From Blastocladiella emersonii ATCC 22665 (lineage: Eukaryota > Fungi > Blastocladiomycota): a DNA stretch of 64,000 nucleotides. The position numbers and the translations under genes are program-made. Shown here one piece after another: positions 21,745-31,353 of the stretch; position 1 is the stretch's first letter, and every line of letters starts with the position of its first letter. The stretch spans positions 4,464,001 to 4,528,000 of the forward strand of contig JANHCV010000001.1 in the NCBI GenBank assembly GCA_025594325.1, given 5' to 3'. Under the pieces are notes generated by a model. That model did not search any database, was not told the origin of the DNA, and was given only the letters and a program-made list of their open reading frames with translations.

Positions 21745-24700
21745 ATGGTGCAGCTCTTCGCCCAGACGGGCGCGCTCCTGCGCAAGAACGCGCTGATCCT
21801 GGCCCGGTCGCCGTTCCAGCTCGCGCTTGCCCTCCTCTTCCCGCTCGCGGCCCTCCTCATTGCCGTGTACTCGTCGGGCGCCATCACCTCGTCCTTCACC
21901 GGCGCCTCGGCCAGTCCCGTCACCGACCCCAAGCCGCTGCCCGTCACGCTCCCGAAATGCAGCGACCCGCTGGGCTCGTGCCGCCCGCGCGTCTTCTACG
22001 CGCCCAACGACGTCTACCACGGCAAGATCATCCGTACGCTGGCCGCCGACATCGGCCTGTCCTCGGGCTCGGACGTGGTCCCGTTCGACTCGGCCGACAA
22101 CCTCGCCGCGTTCGTCATCGACCGCCAGTCGACGCTCCTGGCCGAGCGCGAGCTCAACTTTGCCGTGTCCTTCACCACCTTCGCCTCGGTCTCGGCCAAG
22201 GACGGATTCGTCACGCCCGGCGCCTCGCCGTCGTTCCCGAGCACGCCCGCCGACCTCGCCGCTGCTGGTCGCCAGGTCGCCGCGGCCAACGGCACCCACT
22301 ACACGGTGTGGAAGATCGGCAGCTCGTCGTTCACGTCGGCCCTCGACCCGGTCCTGCCCAACATTGCCTACTCGTCGCTGCCGACCGTGTTCAAGCTACA
22401 CCTCGACAAGGCCATCATCAGGACGGTACGTGCTGCGAGCGGACGGAGTGGCGCAGCACGCGCTCGCGTGCACGCACATGACCACGATCAGAAAACTGAT
22501 CACGCACCCTCCCCGCGTCCCCCCGTGTAGCGCGCCGAGATGCAGAACGTGGCCGCGCCCACCATGCAGGTCTCCATGTCGCACTGGCCTCTGCCCGACC
22601 TCATCCAGGATTTCGGCGGCACCTCGGGTGGCAGCGGTAGCAACAGCAACGATCCCAATGCCAAGAAGAACGACCGCTCCACGATCCTCGGCAACTCGTT
22701 CACCTCGGCCTTCCTCATCCTCGGCTTCTGCCCCATGATGCTCGTCATGTGCACGCTCCTCGGCAACGAGAGTACGTTCTCTCACCTCGATCCGATCTGG
22801 ATCATCACGCTGACCTGCTCCTCCGTCCCCGCCTCCTCCAGAACACGCTGGGCTCGTCGGTGTCCTCCGCAAGCTCGGCATGCTCGAGTCGGCCTACTGG
22901 CTCGCGACCTTCATCACGGTCGTCGCCATGGTCGCCGCCGCGTCGCTGCTCCCGCTCCTCGCCGTGCCCGCCTTCCCCAACACGTTCCCCATGTACAACT
23001 GGTCGGTTCTCGTCGTGTTCGGCTTCCAGTTCCTCACCGGCTTCTACCTGGTCTCCCTCGGGCTCGTGTTCGTCGCCGGCTTCAACTCGCAGTACGCGAC
23101 CAACGTGTTTGCCGGGTTCCTGTCCATGGTCTGCATTCTCGGCAGCGCCCTGTTCGGGTTCCTCGACGGCATGTTCATGGCCGGCGTCATGGAGTCGAGC
23201 CCGTCGCAGTACCAGGCGCTGTTCAAGTCGCCCGACGTCGGATGGGGCACGGCCCTTGTCCCGTTCATCGCGCACGGCAAGGCCTACTTTGAGCTGTCGC
23301 ACATGGAGCCCAACGTCGCCACCACGCTGACGTGGTCGCATGCCAACATGACGCGCACGCCCACCTTCAAGTTCGACGGCGCCATGGTCGACGTCCCGAG
23401 CGCGCAGTCGACGCTCCTGTTCATGCTGTTCGTCGGCATGGCGTGGTACCTGGTCTGCGTCTACCTCAACCAGATCGTCGGCGGCCCGCACCCCGTGTGG
23501 TTCCCGCTCACCCCCGGGTACTGGGGCCTCACCAACGGCGGCGGCGACGCGGCGATCCACGCCGAGAGCAAGGCCAACGGCTCGCTGATCGTGCGCAACC
23601 TCAAGAAGACGTACCGGTCGTCCACGCTATTCTTCTTCAAGCGCCGCACCTTCGAGGCCGTCAAGGACGTGTCGTTCTCGGTCCGTAAGGGCCGCGTGCT
23701 GTCCCTACTGGGCAGCAATGGTGCGGGGAAGTCCAGTAGCCTATCGGCGATTACTGGGCTGTTCCGACCTACCTCGGGCACCGTGTCGCTGTGTGGGACC
23801 GGCAACCTCGGCGCGATCCAGCAGTCGATCGGCGTGTGCCCGCAGCACGACCTCGTGTGGCCGTCGCTCACGGCCGCCGACCACGTGCGCCTGTACGCCA
23901 TGTTCAAGGGCGTCAACGGCTCGGACGCGTACGTCAACAAGCTGCTCGAGCAGGTGGACCTCGCGGGGAACGCCGATCAGCCCGTCGGGTCCTTCTCGGG
24001 CGGCATGCGGCGCCGCCTCTGCATCGTCCTCGCGTCGGTCGGCCTCGGCACCAGTTCCTGCAGCCTCGTAGTCCTCGACGAGCCGTCGGCATCCCTCGAT
24101 TGCGTCAATCGCCTGAAGATCATCCAGTTCATCCAGAAGATCAAGCAGCACGCCGCCGTGGTGTTCACAACGCACCTGCTCGAGGAGGCCGAGCTCGGCG
24201 ACGAGATCCTCATTCTCGGGTCGGGCGAGGTCAAGGCGTACGACACCTCGCTCGCCCTCAAGAACAAGTACGGCTCGGGCTACGAGATCTCCGTGCTCGC
24301 GACCGAGGGAACCACGGCCGACGTGATCCGCGGCCTGATCTCGCGCCACGCGCCGCGCGCCACGGTCACGCAGCGGTCCAACGAGATGTTCAAGGTGACC
24401 GTGCCCAAGTCGGAGCCCATCACGCCCGTCCTCCGGTTCCTCCAGTCGGCCGCGCCCGAGCGCACCGCGCACGTCCGCGAGTGGCAGGTGTCGAATACGT
24501 CGCTCGAGAACGTGTTCGTCAACGTCGCGGCCGCCGACGCCGCCGCCAACAACGCCAAGTCGTCCGAGGACGAGGCCGCCAACGAGCAGCACGACACCCT
24601 CAAGCCCTTCGAGCTGCCGCAGTTCACGGCCAAGAAGACGCTCCCGAACCAGCTCGCCGCCGTCTTCCTCAAGAACGCGGCGTACCAGGCCAAGCAGCCC

Positions 24701-27559
24701 AAGACCACCGTCTGCGTCGTTTTCATGTCGGCCATCCTGCTCGGTATCTGCGTCTTCATGCTCTCGCAGGTCGGCGAGAAGATCTGCCCCGGCGGGTACC
24801 TGCGCGACCCGAGTGGCAACTGCGACCTGTCCAAGATGCGCGCCGAGTACGTGCGCGGCATGGCGCTGTGCGCGCCCGGCTCGCGGCTCGGGTGCATCGC
24901 CGGCGACTACCAGATCAACAAGCGCACCACCAACCGCGCCTACAACGGCACCCGGTACCTCGTGCGCGACCCGACGGGCAGCGCCGCGGGTTTCTTCTCG
25001 GGCAACCCCGTCGTCAACTGGACCGAGACCGTGCGCCGCGCCGTCGGCACCGGCGGCAGCAACCCGCGCGGCCAGTACCTGTTTAAGTCGCTGCCGACGC
25101 GGCCCATCAACGTCACGGCCGTGTCGAGCTCGCCGGCCGAGATCGTCAAGGCCAACCTCAAGCGCATGTACGCGGCGGCCAAGCCCGCGTCGAGCTCGTG
25201 CATCATGCAGTTCGGGTCCTCGCGCGCCGAGCGCAAGTACTACACGACGACCGCGGCCGACATTGACGCCGAGCAGATCTCGCTGTACCCCGATTTCGGC
25301 GTCGAGATCAACGCGTTTTCGGGCAAGGCCGCCGACGTGCACATGGTCGTGCCCTCGATCGTGTGGGGCGCGGACCGGTTCTTCAACGTCCTCAAAGACA
25401 CGGGCAGCACCTGCGACTACCGCGAGCTCAACACGTACAGCTCGCCGCCCGCCGCCAACCTGCTCGGGTACCTCGTCTCGGCGCTGGCCGAGTCCGCCGG
25501 CGAGGACTCGTTTGACTCGCTGCTGTACTCGATGGTCTCGGGCCGCTCCGCCGGCGACAACTCGGTGCTCAACGAGCTCCTGCACTCGTACGCCAACGCG
25601 CAGCTGCGCGCCACGCTCGGGTCCGCGTTCGCGTCCGAGGGCATCTACGGCAACGTGTTCTCGGCGCCCTCGCTCGACTCTCCCATGGGCACCTCGGCCG
25701 CCGTCGTGTTCACGGTCCCCATGGCGCTGTACCTCCTGTTCATCGTGTACCTCATGATCCCGTTCATCGAGCGCGAGGCCAACCTGTTCGAGTTCTACCG
25801 CATCAACGGGCTCTCGGTCGCCGCGTGCTGGCTCGGCCACTACCTGTTCGGGTTCCTCGTCACGGTCCCGTCGCTCATCCTCACCATGGTCGTCCTCGCC
25901 ATCTTCGTGCCGACCGTCAACCTTGGCGCGTTCCTCGTGATCGCGCTCATGGTCATTCACGGGATGATCTGCATGGCCTTTTTGCTCGCATCGGTCATCA
26001 ACTCGCTCGCCGTCGCCCGCCTCGCGTCGTTCGTGTTCCCGCCCATCGCGGGCGTGATCGCCGGCGCCATGGTCGTCACGGGCGGCTCGTTCGGGTGGGC
26101 CGCGGCGCTGTTCCCGCCGCTGCCGTTCGCCGCCAACCTCAAGACGCTCATCTACGGCGGCGGCGTCAACTGGGGCCTGTCCATCGGCAGCATCGTCGCC
26201 GGGTGCGTGTACATGGGCATCGCGCTCGCGCTCATGCAGTTTGCCGACCAGAGCCCGCTGCAGGTGCTCAAGGCCAAGGTCTTTGGCGGCGACAAGCAGC
26301 AGGTCGCGCCGTCTTCGCGCGCGGGCGCCGCTTCGCGCGACGCGCTCCACGACGGCGACGTCGAGATGGCGGACATGGACCGCGACGACGACGAGGACGA
26401 CGAGGTGGCCAAGGAGCGCGCCGACCTGCACAACCCGGCCACGCCGCGCGACAAGTACACGGTGCGCGTCGTCGACCTCGAGAAGTCGTTCGGCAAGCAC
26501 CGTGTGCTGCGCAAGCTCAACCTCGGCATCACGCCCGGCACCACGTACGCCCTTCTGGGCGCGAACGGCCAAGGCAAGTCGGTCCTCAACAATATCCTGA
26601 TCGGCAGCATCCGGCCGGATCGCGGCGACGCGACCGTGTGCGGAATCCCCGTCACGGACCGGTCGGCGAGCGCGGTCATTGGCGTGTGCCCGCAGCAGGA
26701 CATGGTCGTTGGCGATCTCTCGGTCGAGAACAACCTGCGCTTCTTTGCTCGACTTCGCGGTGCCCCGCTGCGCGGCAAGGTGCTCGAGAACCTCGTCGGG
26801 CGCTCCATCGAGCTTGTGGGCCTCTCGCACGCGCGCCACCGCCAGGCCAACCAGCTCTCGGGCGGGATGCGTCGCCGCCTTTCGATTGCCATCTCCGTCA
26901 TCGCATCTCCGACGATTTTAATCACCGACGAGCCATCGGGCGGCCTTGACACGCTGTCTAAAGTTGCGGTGTGGAAGCTGCTCGGCCGGATCCGCGAGCG
27001 CGGCGACACGACCACGGTGATCACGACCCACTACATGGACGAGGTCGAGGCGCTCAGCACGCGCGCGGGCATCATGGCGGCCGGCCGAATCCGTGTTCTG
27101 GGCTCCACGGTCGAGCTCAAGAACCAGTACGGTCGCGGGTACAACCTCACGGTGCAGCTGCCCGTCGCGCTCGCCGTGGGCAGCGCCCAGTCCAACGCCA
27201 TCGACCTCCGCGGGCCCGCGCTCGCCGCCGAGGACGCGGCCATCACGTCCATCACGACCACCATCTCGCGCGTCGTCGAGTCGACGATGGCGGCCAACGA
27301 CGGCACGGCGGTCCAGCTCCGCCCGACGCACGACCTGACCGACGCCCAGGTCGAGCAGCGCGTGCGCGGCGGCACCTGGAACGAGGTCAAGCAGACGTGG
27401 TCGTGGGAGATCCGGGTCTCGGTCCCGCTGCCGCCGGCCACGGACCTGCCGTCCGTCTTCGAGTACATGGCGCAGCAGTCCGCGATCGCCGACTGGGGCA
27501 TCAACCCGACGTCGCTTGAGGACGTGTTCGTGCGCGTCTCGACCAAGCACTACTCGTGA
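21745..27559 (+). CDS. Full-size ABC transporter, subfamily A (TMD-ECD-NBD x2; 2 introns near the 5' end)
   Basis: QTGALLRKNAL N-terminus. NBD1: GSNGAGKS, GVCPQHD, FSGGMRRRL, VVLDEP, TTH. NBD2: GANGQGKS, GVCPQQD, LSGGMRRRL, ITDEP, TTHYMDEVEAL, LKNQYGRGY. Ends with TSLEDVF. Confidence 0.95.
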
Positions 27560-27760
27560 AGGCGAATGATTTTGATCATGTCCGCTTTGTTGCGCAGAGT
27601 TGCTGCTGCCGTAGGTGTTTACCCTTGTAACATGAGATTTTGCTCTACATCATTCATTCATTCATTCAACTGGTCCGGTGTCTCACGCATTCTCAGTTGA
27701 GCTCCCTTGAGAAGCAAGCAAAACTGATCAAAAAGTTTGCGGTAAGCGACGAGGAGACTC
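27369..27760 (+). repeat. Left arm of long inverted repeat (last ~190 nt of ABCA CDS plus 3' flank)
   Basis: Reverse complement of 28034-28420. By manual comparison the arms differ by one substitution (27669) and one 5-nt indel (AAGCG near 27744). Confidence 0.97.
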
Positions 27761-28033
27761 GGGCGCAAAAATGGAAGTGGGGCTCAAAACAAAAGCTAAG
27801 CGCTCCGTTCAGCGCAGGCGGCGGCACCGTGTGAGGGCGCGGGGTCCTACGTGTCCTAGCTCACTCGACTCAGTGCGGGGCTGTTACCAGACGCGCGCCA
27901 TCGCTTAAATGGGTGATGGCGGCGCGCGGCGTGCGGCCGCGCGAGACAGTCACACGTGAGGTTCATGTGCACGTGATATCTCGACGCGTCGCGAAACGCG
28001 TCGCTCGGTCCAACGTGGAGAGCGAAAGCAGCT

Positions 28034-28420
28034 GAGTCTCCTCGTACCGCAAACTTTTTGATCAGTTTTGCTTGCTTCTCAAGGGAGCTCAACTGAGAAT
28101 GCGTGAGACACCGGACCAGATGAATGAATGAATGAATGATGTAGAGCAAAATCTCATGTTACAAGGGTAAACACCTACGGCAGCAGCAACTCTGCGCAAC
28201 AAAGCGGACATGATCAAAATCATTCGCCTTCACGAGTAGTGCTTGGTCGAGACGCGCACGAACACGTCCTCAAGCGACGTCGGGTTGATGCCCCAGTCGG
28301 CGATCGCGGACTGCTGCGCCATGTACTCGAAGACGGACGGCAGGTCCGTGGCCGGCGGCAGCGGGACCGAGACCCGGATCTCCCACGACCACGTCTGCTT
28401 GACCTCGTTCCAGGTGCCGC
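28034..28420 (-). repeat. Right arm of long inverted repeat (inverted copy of ABCA 3' end)
   Basis: ORFs 28239-28547 and 27856-28149 reproduce peptides of 26918-27550 and 27640-27834. Separated from the left arm by a 273-nt unique spacer. Confidence 0.97.
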
Positions 28421-28519
28421 TTTACGTCATTTAAGGAACGCGCACCCGCGCTTTCCCTTCCAATCGAGCTGCTTCATAAAATCGCCGAGAAAGCTCGCGG
28501 ACAGTGGGTCTGACAGTTT

Positions 28520-28980
28520 CAGTAACTCTCGTGCCCAGTCTTGTTGAGAGCAAAGTGGACAAGCGGCGGGGGCAATTGTTGGACACGGCGCAACGGACCG
28601 ACGAATTGCTCAAAGGTCGCAAGAACGAGCGAAGTCTCCCTTGACAAACTGGAGTGCGAGAAAGGCGAGGAATGCGAGATGCAATAACGCCACGGTCTTG
28701 TACAGCGCCGTTGGTATCTGGGGCTCCCCCGTCGCCCTCGTCGCCCCCATCGTGACCTGCCGCATCGACCATCCGCTGCACATAGGGTGTCATGGCCGGC
28801 ACGAGCGCCGCGCCAACGTACACTGCGTGGAACCCAGGAGCTTCGCTGACAAAGAGGGCTGCGCCAAAGTCATGCGTGCTGGAGGCGACTCGACTCCGCT
28901 CGAAGAAATGAAATCCGACAAAATGATCTGACTCCTTGATTATAGCCCGTACATGGTCCGCATTGCCTCTCGTCGGCGAA
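28520..28980 (-). pseudogene. Degenerate inverted fragment of the 3' end of the 18737-20510 gene
   Basis: SEAPGFHAVYVGAALVPAMTPYVQRMVDAAG vs SEAPGFHAAFIGTALVPTMARDVQRLVDAAG. After frameshifts, LHLAFL and EQFVGPLRRVQQLPPPLVHFAL vs EQVVGPLRRVQDQLPPLVHFAL. Roughly 70% nucleotide identity by eye; the left part (28850-28980) is weaker. Confidence 0.85.
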
Positions 28981-29243
28981 CGTTGTAGCACGGAGCAGAT
29001 TCATTGTCAAATAGCGTCTCCTAGTAGCTCAACCTTCTTTGTGTCTGTTGCATAGAGTCTGCTTCATATTCGCGATCCATCTTCGTGGAGGAGCTGGGCC
29101 GTCGCCGTTGCCATGGAGAAGGTCGCGGTCAGCTGACCGCGTCAACTTCGCGACTCGCCTCGAAAGGTCGGCCGTGTGTTCAGTCGTCGTTCGCCCACTC
29201 CTCTCCGCTCTGGACCATCGCACAAACCATACCATACCCAACC

Positions 29244-31229
29244 ATGGATCCGCACTTGGTGAAAATGTATGCGCATGCACTCCCGTCGCACCCGTGCGCT
29301 CCACCGCTAACCTGCGACCGGACCATCCCCGCGTGTAGTCTCGTCATCGGCAACGTGAGCGGCAACCTCGACAAGCTCGCCGCCAAGCTGCCGAGCCTGC
29401 ACAAGCAGGCGGGCTTCTCGCACGTCTTCTGCGCCGGCCGCTTCCTCGCCAAGGAGACGGCCGCGACGGGGCCCAACCCGCTGACCGACCAGCTGCTCGC
29501 GGGCGAGCTGGCGTTCCCGTGCCCCGTGTACTTCACCGCCGGCAACGTGCCCCTGCCGCAGCGCGTGCTCGACGCCATCACCGCGGCCGACACGGCCAAG
29601 GACGGGTCGCCCGTGCAGCTCGCGCCCAACGTGTACTACCTCGGCACGACTGGCGCGTGGACGGCGCCCGACGGCCTGCGCGTCGCCTTTATTGGCGGCT
29701 CGTGGGTCCCGACCAAGTTCAACGCCGCGCCCGATGCCGCGCACCCGGAAATGTACCACACGGCGCAGCTCGAGGCGCTGTGCTCGCCCGACGTTGCACC
29801 CGTCGACCTGCTCATCTCGTTCGACGCGCCGCAGCGCATGTCCCCTGCGAGCGCCGGCCCGCTCAAGACCGAGACCCCCGTCCTGAACGCGGTCGTCCAG
29901 CACCTGCGCCCGCGCTACCACTTGTGCGGCGGGCCCGCCACCTTCTACGAGCGCGCGCCGTACGCTCACGCGTCTGGGTCCGAGGTCACCCGGTTCCTCT
30001 CGCTCGCGGCCTTCGGCAACGTGCGCAAGGAGAAGTGGGTCTACGCGTTCAAGATCCGCCCGCTCGCGCACAAGCCCGCGGGTAACGGCGCGGAGGCGGT
30101 CCCCGCCAACACCACCGTGAACCCGTTCACGGCCGAGTCGCTCGAGGCCGCGAGCGCGCTGTTCGTCTCCCCGACGCCGGCGCCTGCTCCCACCGCCGCC
30201 GCGGGCGCCAAACGTGCGCACCCGGACGGCGACGCCGAGCCGGCCGCGAAGCGTGCCCGTAACCTCGGCGATGACGCGCGGCCGCAGCGGCGCGAGCGCG
30301 ACCCGCGCGACGAGCAGCAGCAGCCGGGCAAGCCGGGCCCGTCGTACATTTGCCGCATCTGCAAGGAGCCGGGTCACTACATCACCGACTGCCCGAGCAA
30401 GTCGGACGCACCCGTCGACCCGGCGCGGTCGTGCTGGTTCTGCGTCGAGTCGCCCAACGCCGAAAAGTCGCTCATCTTCGCGGTCGGCGCCCACGCGTAC
30501 GGCGCCGTGGCCAAGGGCTCCCTCACGCCGCACCACCTGATCGTCGCGTCGACCCCGCACGTGCAGCACTGGCACCGCAGCGCCAACACGTCGGCGGCGC
30601 AGCTCGCGCAGGCGTCGGCCATGGCCGAGGTGACCAAGTTCGCGCACCGCGCCGCGCAGGTGTTCGAGCGCAACGGCCGCGTCCCCGTGACGTTCCAGAT
30701 CGCCCGCACCATGGCGGGCGGCGGCGCGCACGCGCACATGCAGATGATCCCGGCGACGCCCGACCAGGCCGCCAGCGTCGCCGCCGCCATGCTCGCCAAG
30801 CTGCAGGACGCGGACCACGCGCACCTCAACCTGACGGCGCACCGCATCGCGGTCCCCGCGACCGATGCCCGCAGCCTGCCGACGGCGCTCGAGGCCGCGC
30901 ACCGCCAGGACCCCAACGCGATCCGGTTCACCGATAACCACGTGGCCGTGCTCGCGGGGACCGACCTCGTGTTTGTCCCGCTCCCGCGTGGCGCGCGGTT
31001 CCCCGCGCAGCTCCCGCGCGAGGTGATCGGGACCGTGCTCGGCGAGGTCGCCAAGGCCAAGGACTGGCGCGCGGGCATCGATGAGGCCGCGGAGGCCGGG
31101 TACGCCCGCGAGCTCGCCGAGGCGTTCCGCGACCTCCACACGGTCGAGGTCGCTGGGATCAACCTGCCCGTGCCCGGCGCCGCTGCGGCTGGCGGGGAGG
31201 CGGCTGAGGAGGGCGAGACCAAGGAGTAG
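29244..31229 (+). CDS. CWF19L1: CWF19-like protein 1 (Drn1/CWF19L1), debranching-enzyme-associated, with zinc knuckle (1 intron)
   Basis: MDPHLVKI|LVIGNVSG metallophosphoesterase-like start, FPCPVYF, VDLLIS, LRPRYH, FYERAPY, TRFLSLA..KWVYAF, CCHC knuckle CRICKEPGHYITDC, CwfJ CWFC..SPN..K.LI, HAHMQMIP, FPAQLPREV and DWR. Confidence 0.9.
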   Translation: MDPHLVKMYAHALPSHPCAPPLTCDRTIPACSLVIGNVSGNLDKLAAKLPSLHKQAGFSHVFCAGRFLAKETAATGPNPLTDQLLAGELAFPCPVYFTAGNVPLPQRVLDAITAADTAKDGSPVQLAPNVYYLGTTGAWTAPDGLRVAFIGGSWVPTKFNAAPDAAHPEMYHTAQLEALCSPDVAPVDLLISFDAPQRMSPASAGPLKTETPVLNAVVQHLRPRYHLCGGPATFYERAPYAHASGSEVTRFLSLAAFGNVRKEKWVYAFKIRPLAHKPAGNGAEAVPANTTVNPFTAESLEAASALFVSPTPAPAPTAAAGAKRAHPDGDAEPAAKRARNLGDDARPQRRERDPRDEQQQPGKPGPSYICRICKEPGHYITDCPSKSDAPVDPARSCWFCVESPNAEKSLIFAVGAHAYGAVAKGSLTPHHLIVASTPHVQHWHRSANTSAAQLAQASAMAEVTKFAHRAAQVFERNGRVPVTFQIARTMAGGGAHAHMQMIPATPDQAASVAAAMLAKLQDADHAHLNLTAHRIAVPATDARSLPTALEAAHRQDPNAIRFTDNHVAVLAGTDLVFVPLPRGARFPAQLPREVIGTVLGEVAKAKDWRAGIDEAAEAGYARELAEAFRDLHTVEVAGINLPVPGAAAAGGEAAEEGETKE

Positions 31230-31353
31230 GTAGTGTAGGAAGAGAGTGCGCGAAGCGTGGGTTTTGATATATGGATATGTGCAGGAACAAACAAGAGTGT
31301 CGTGGGAGTGGGGAATCATCATCGTCAACAACGGTTTGCCATCATCGTCATGG

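Noticed and set aside
23741-26839. 1032-aa minus-strand ORF
   Set aside because: Antisense shadow of the ABCA exon.
27369-28420. Inverted repeat as transposon TIRs/MITE
   Set aside because: The arms are host CDS and 3' flank; I see no target-site duplication or transposase.
30340-30395. Zinc knuckle inside CWF19L1 as a novel insertion
   Set aside because: Zinc fingers in the CWF19L1 linker are a known feature of the family.
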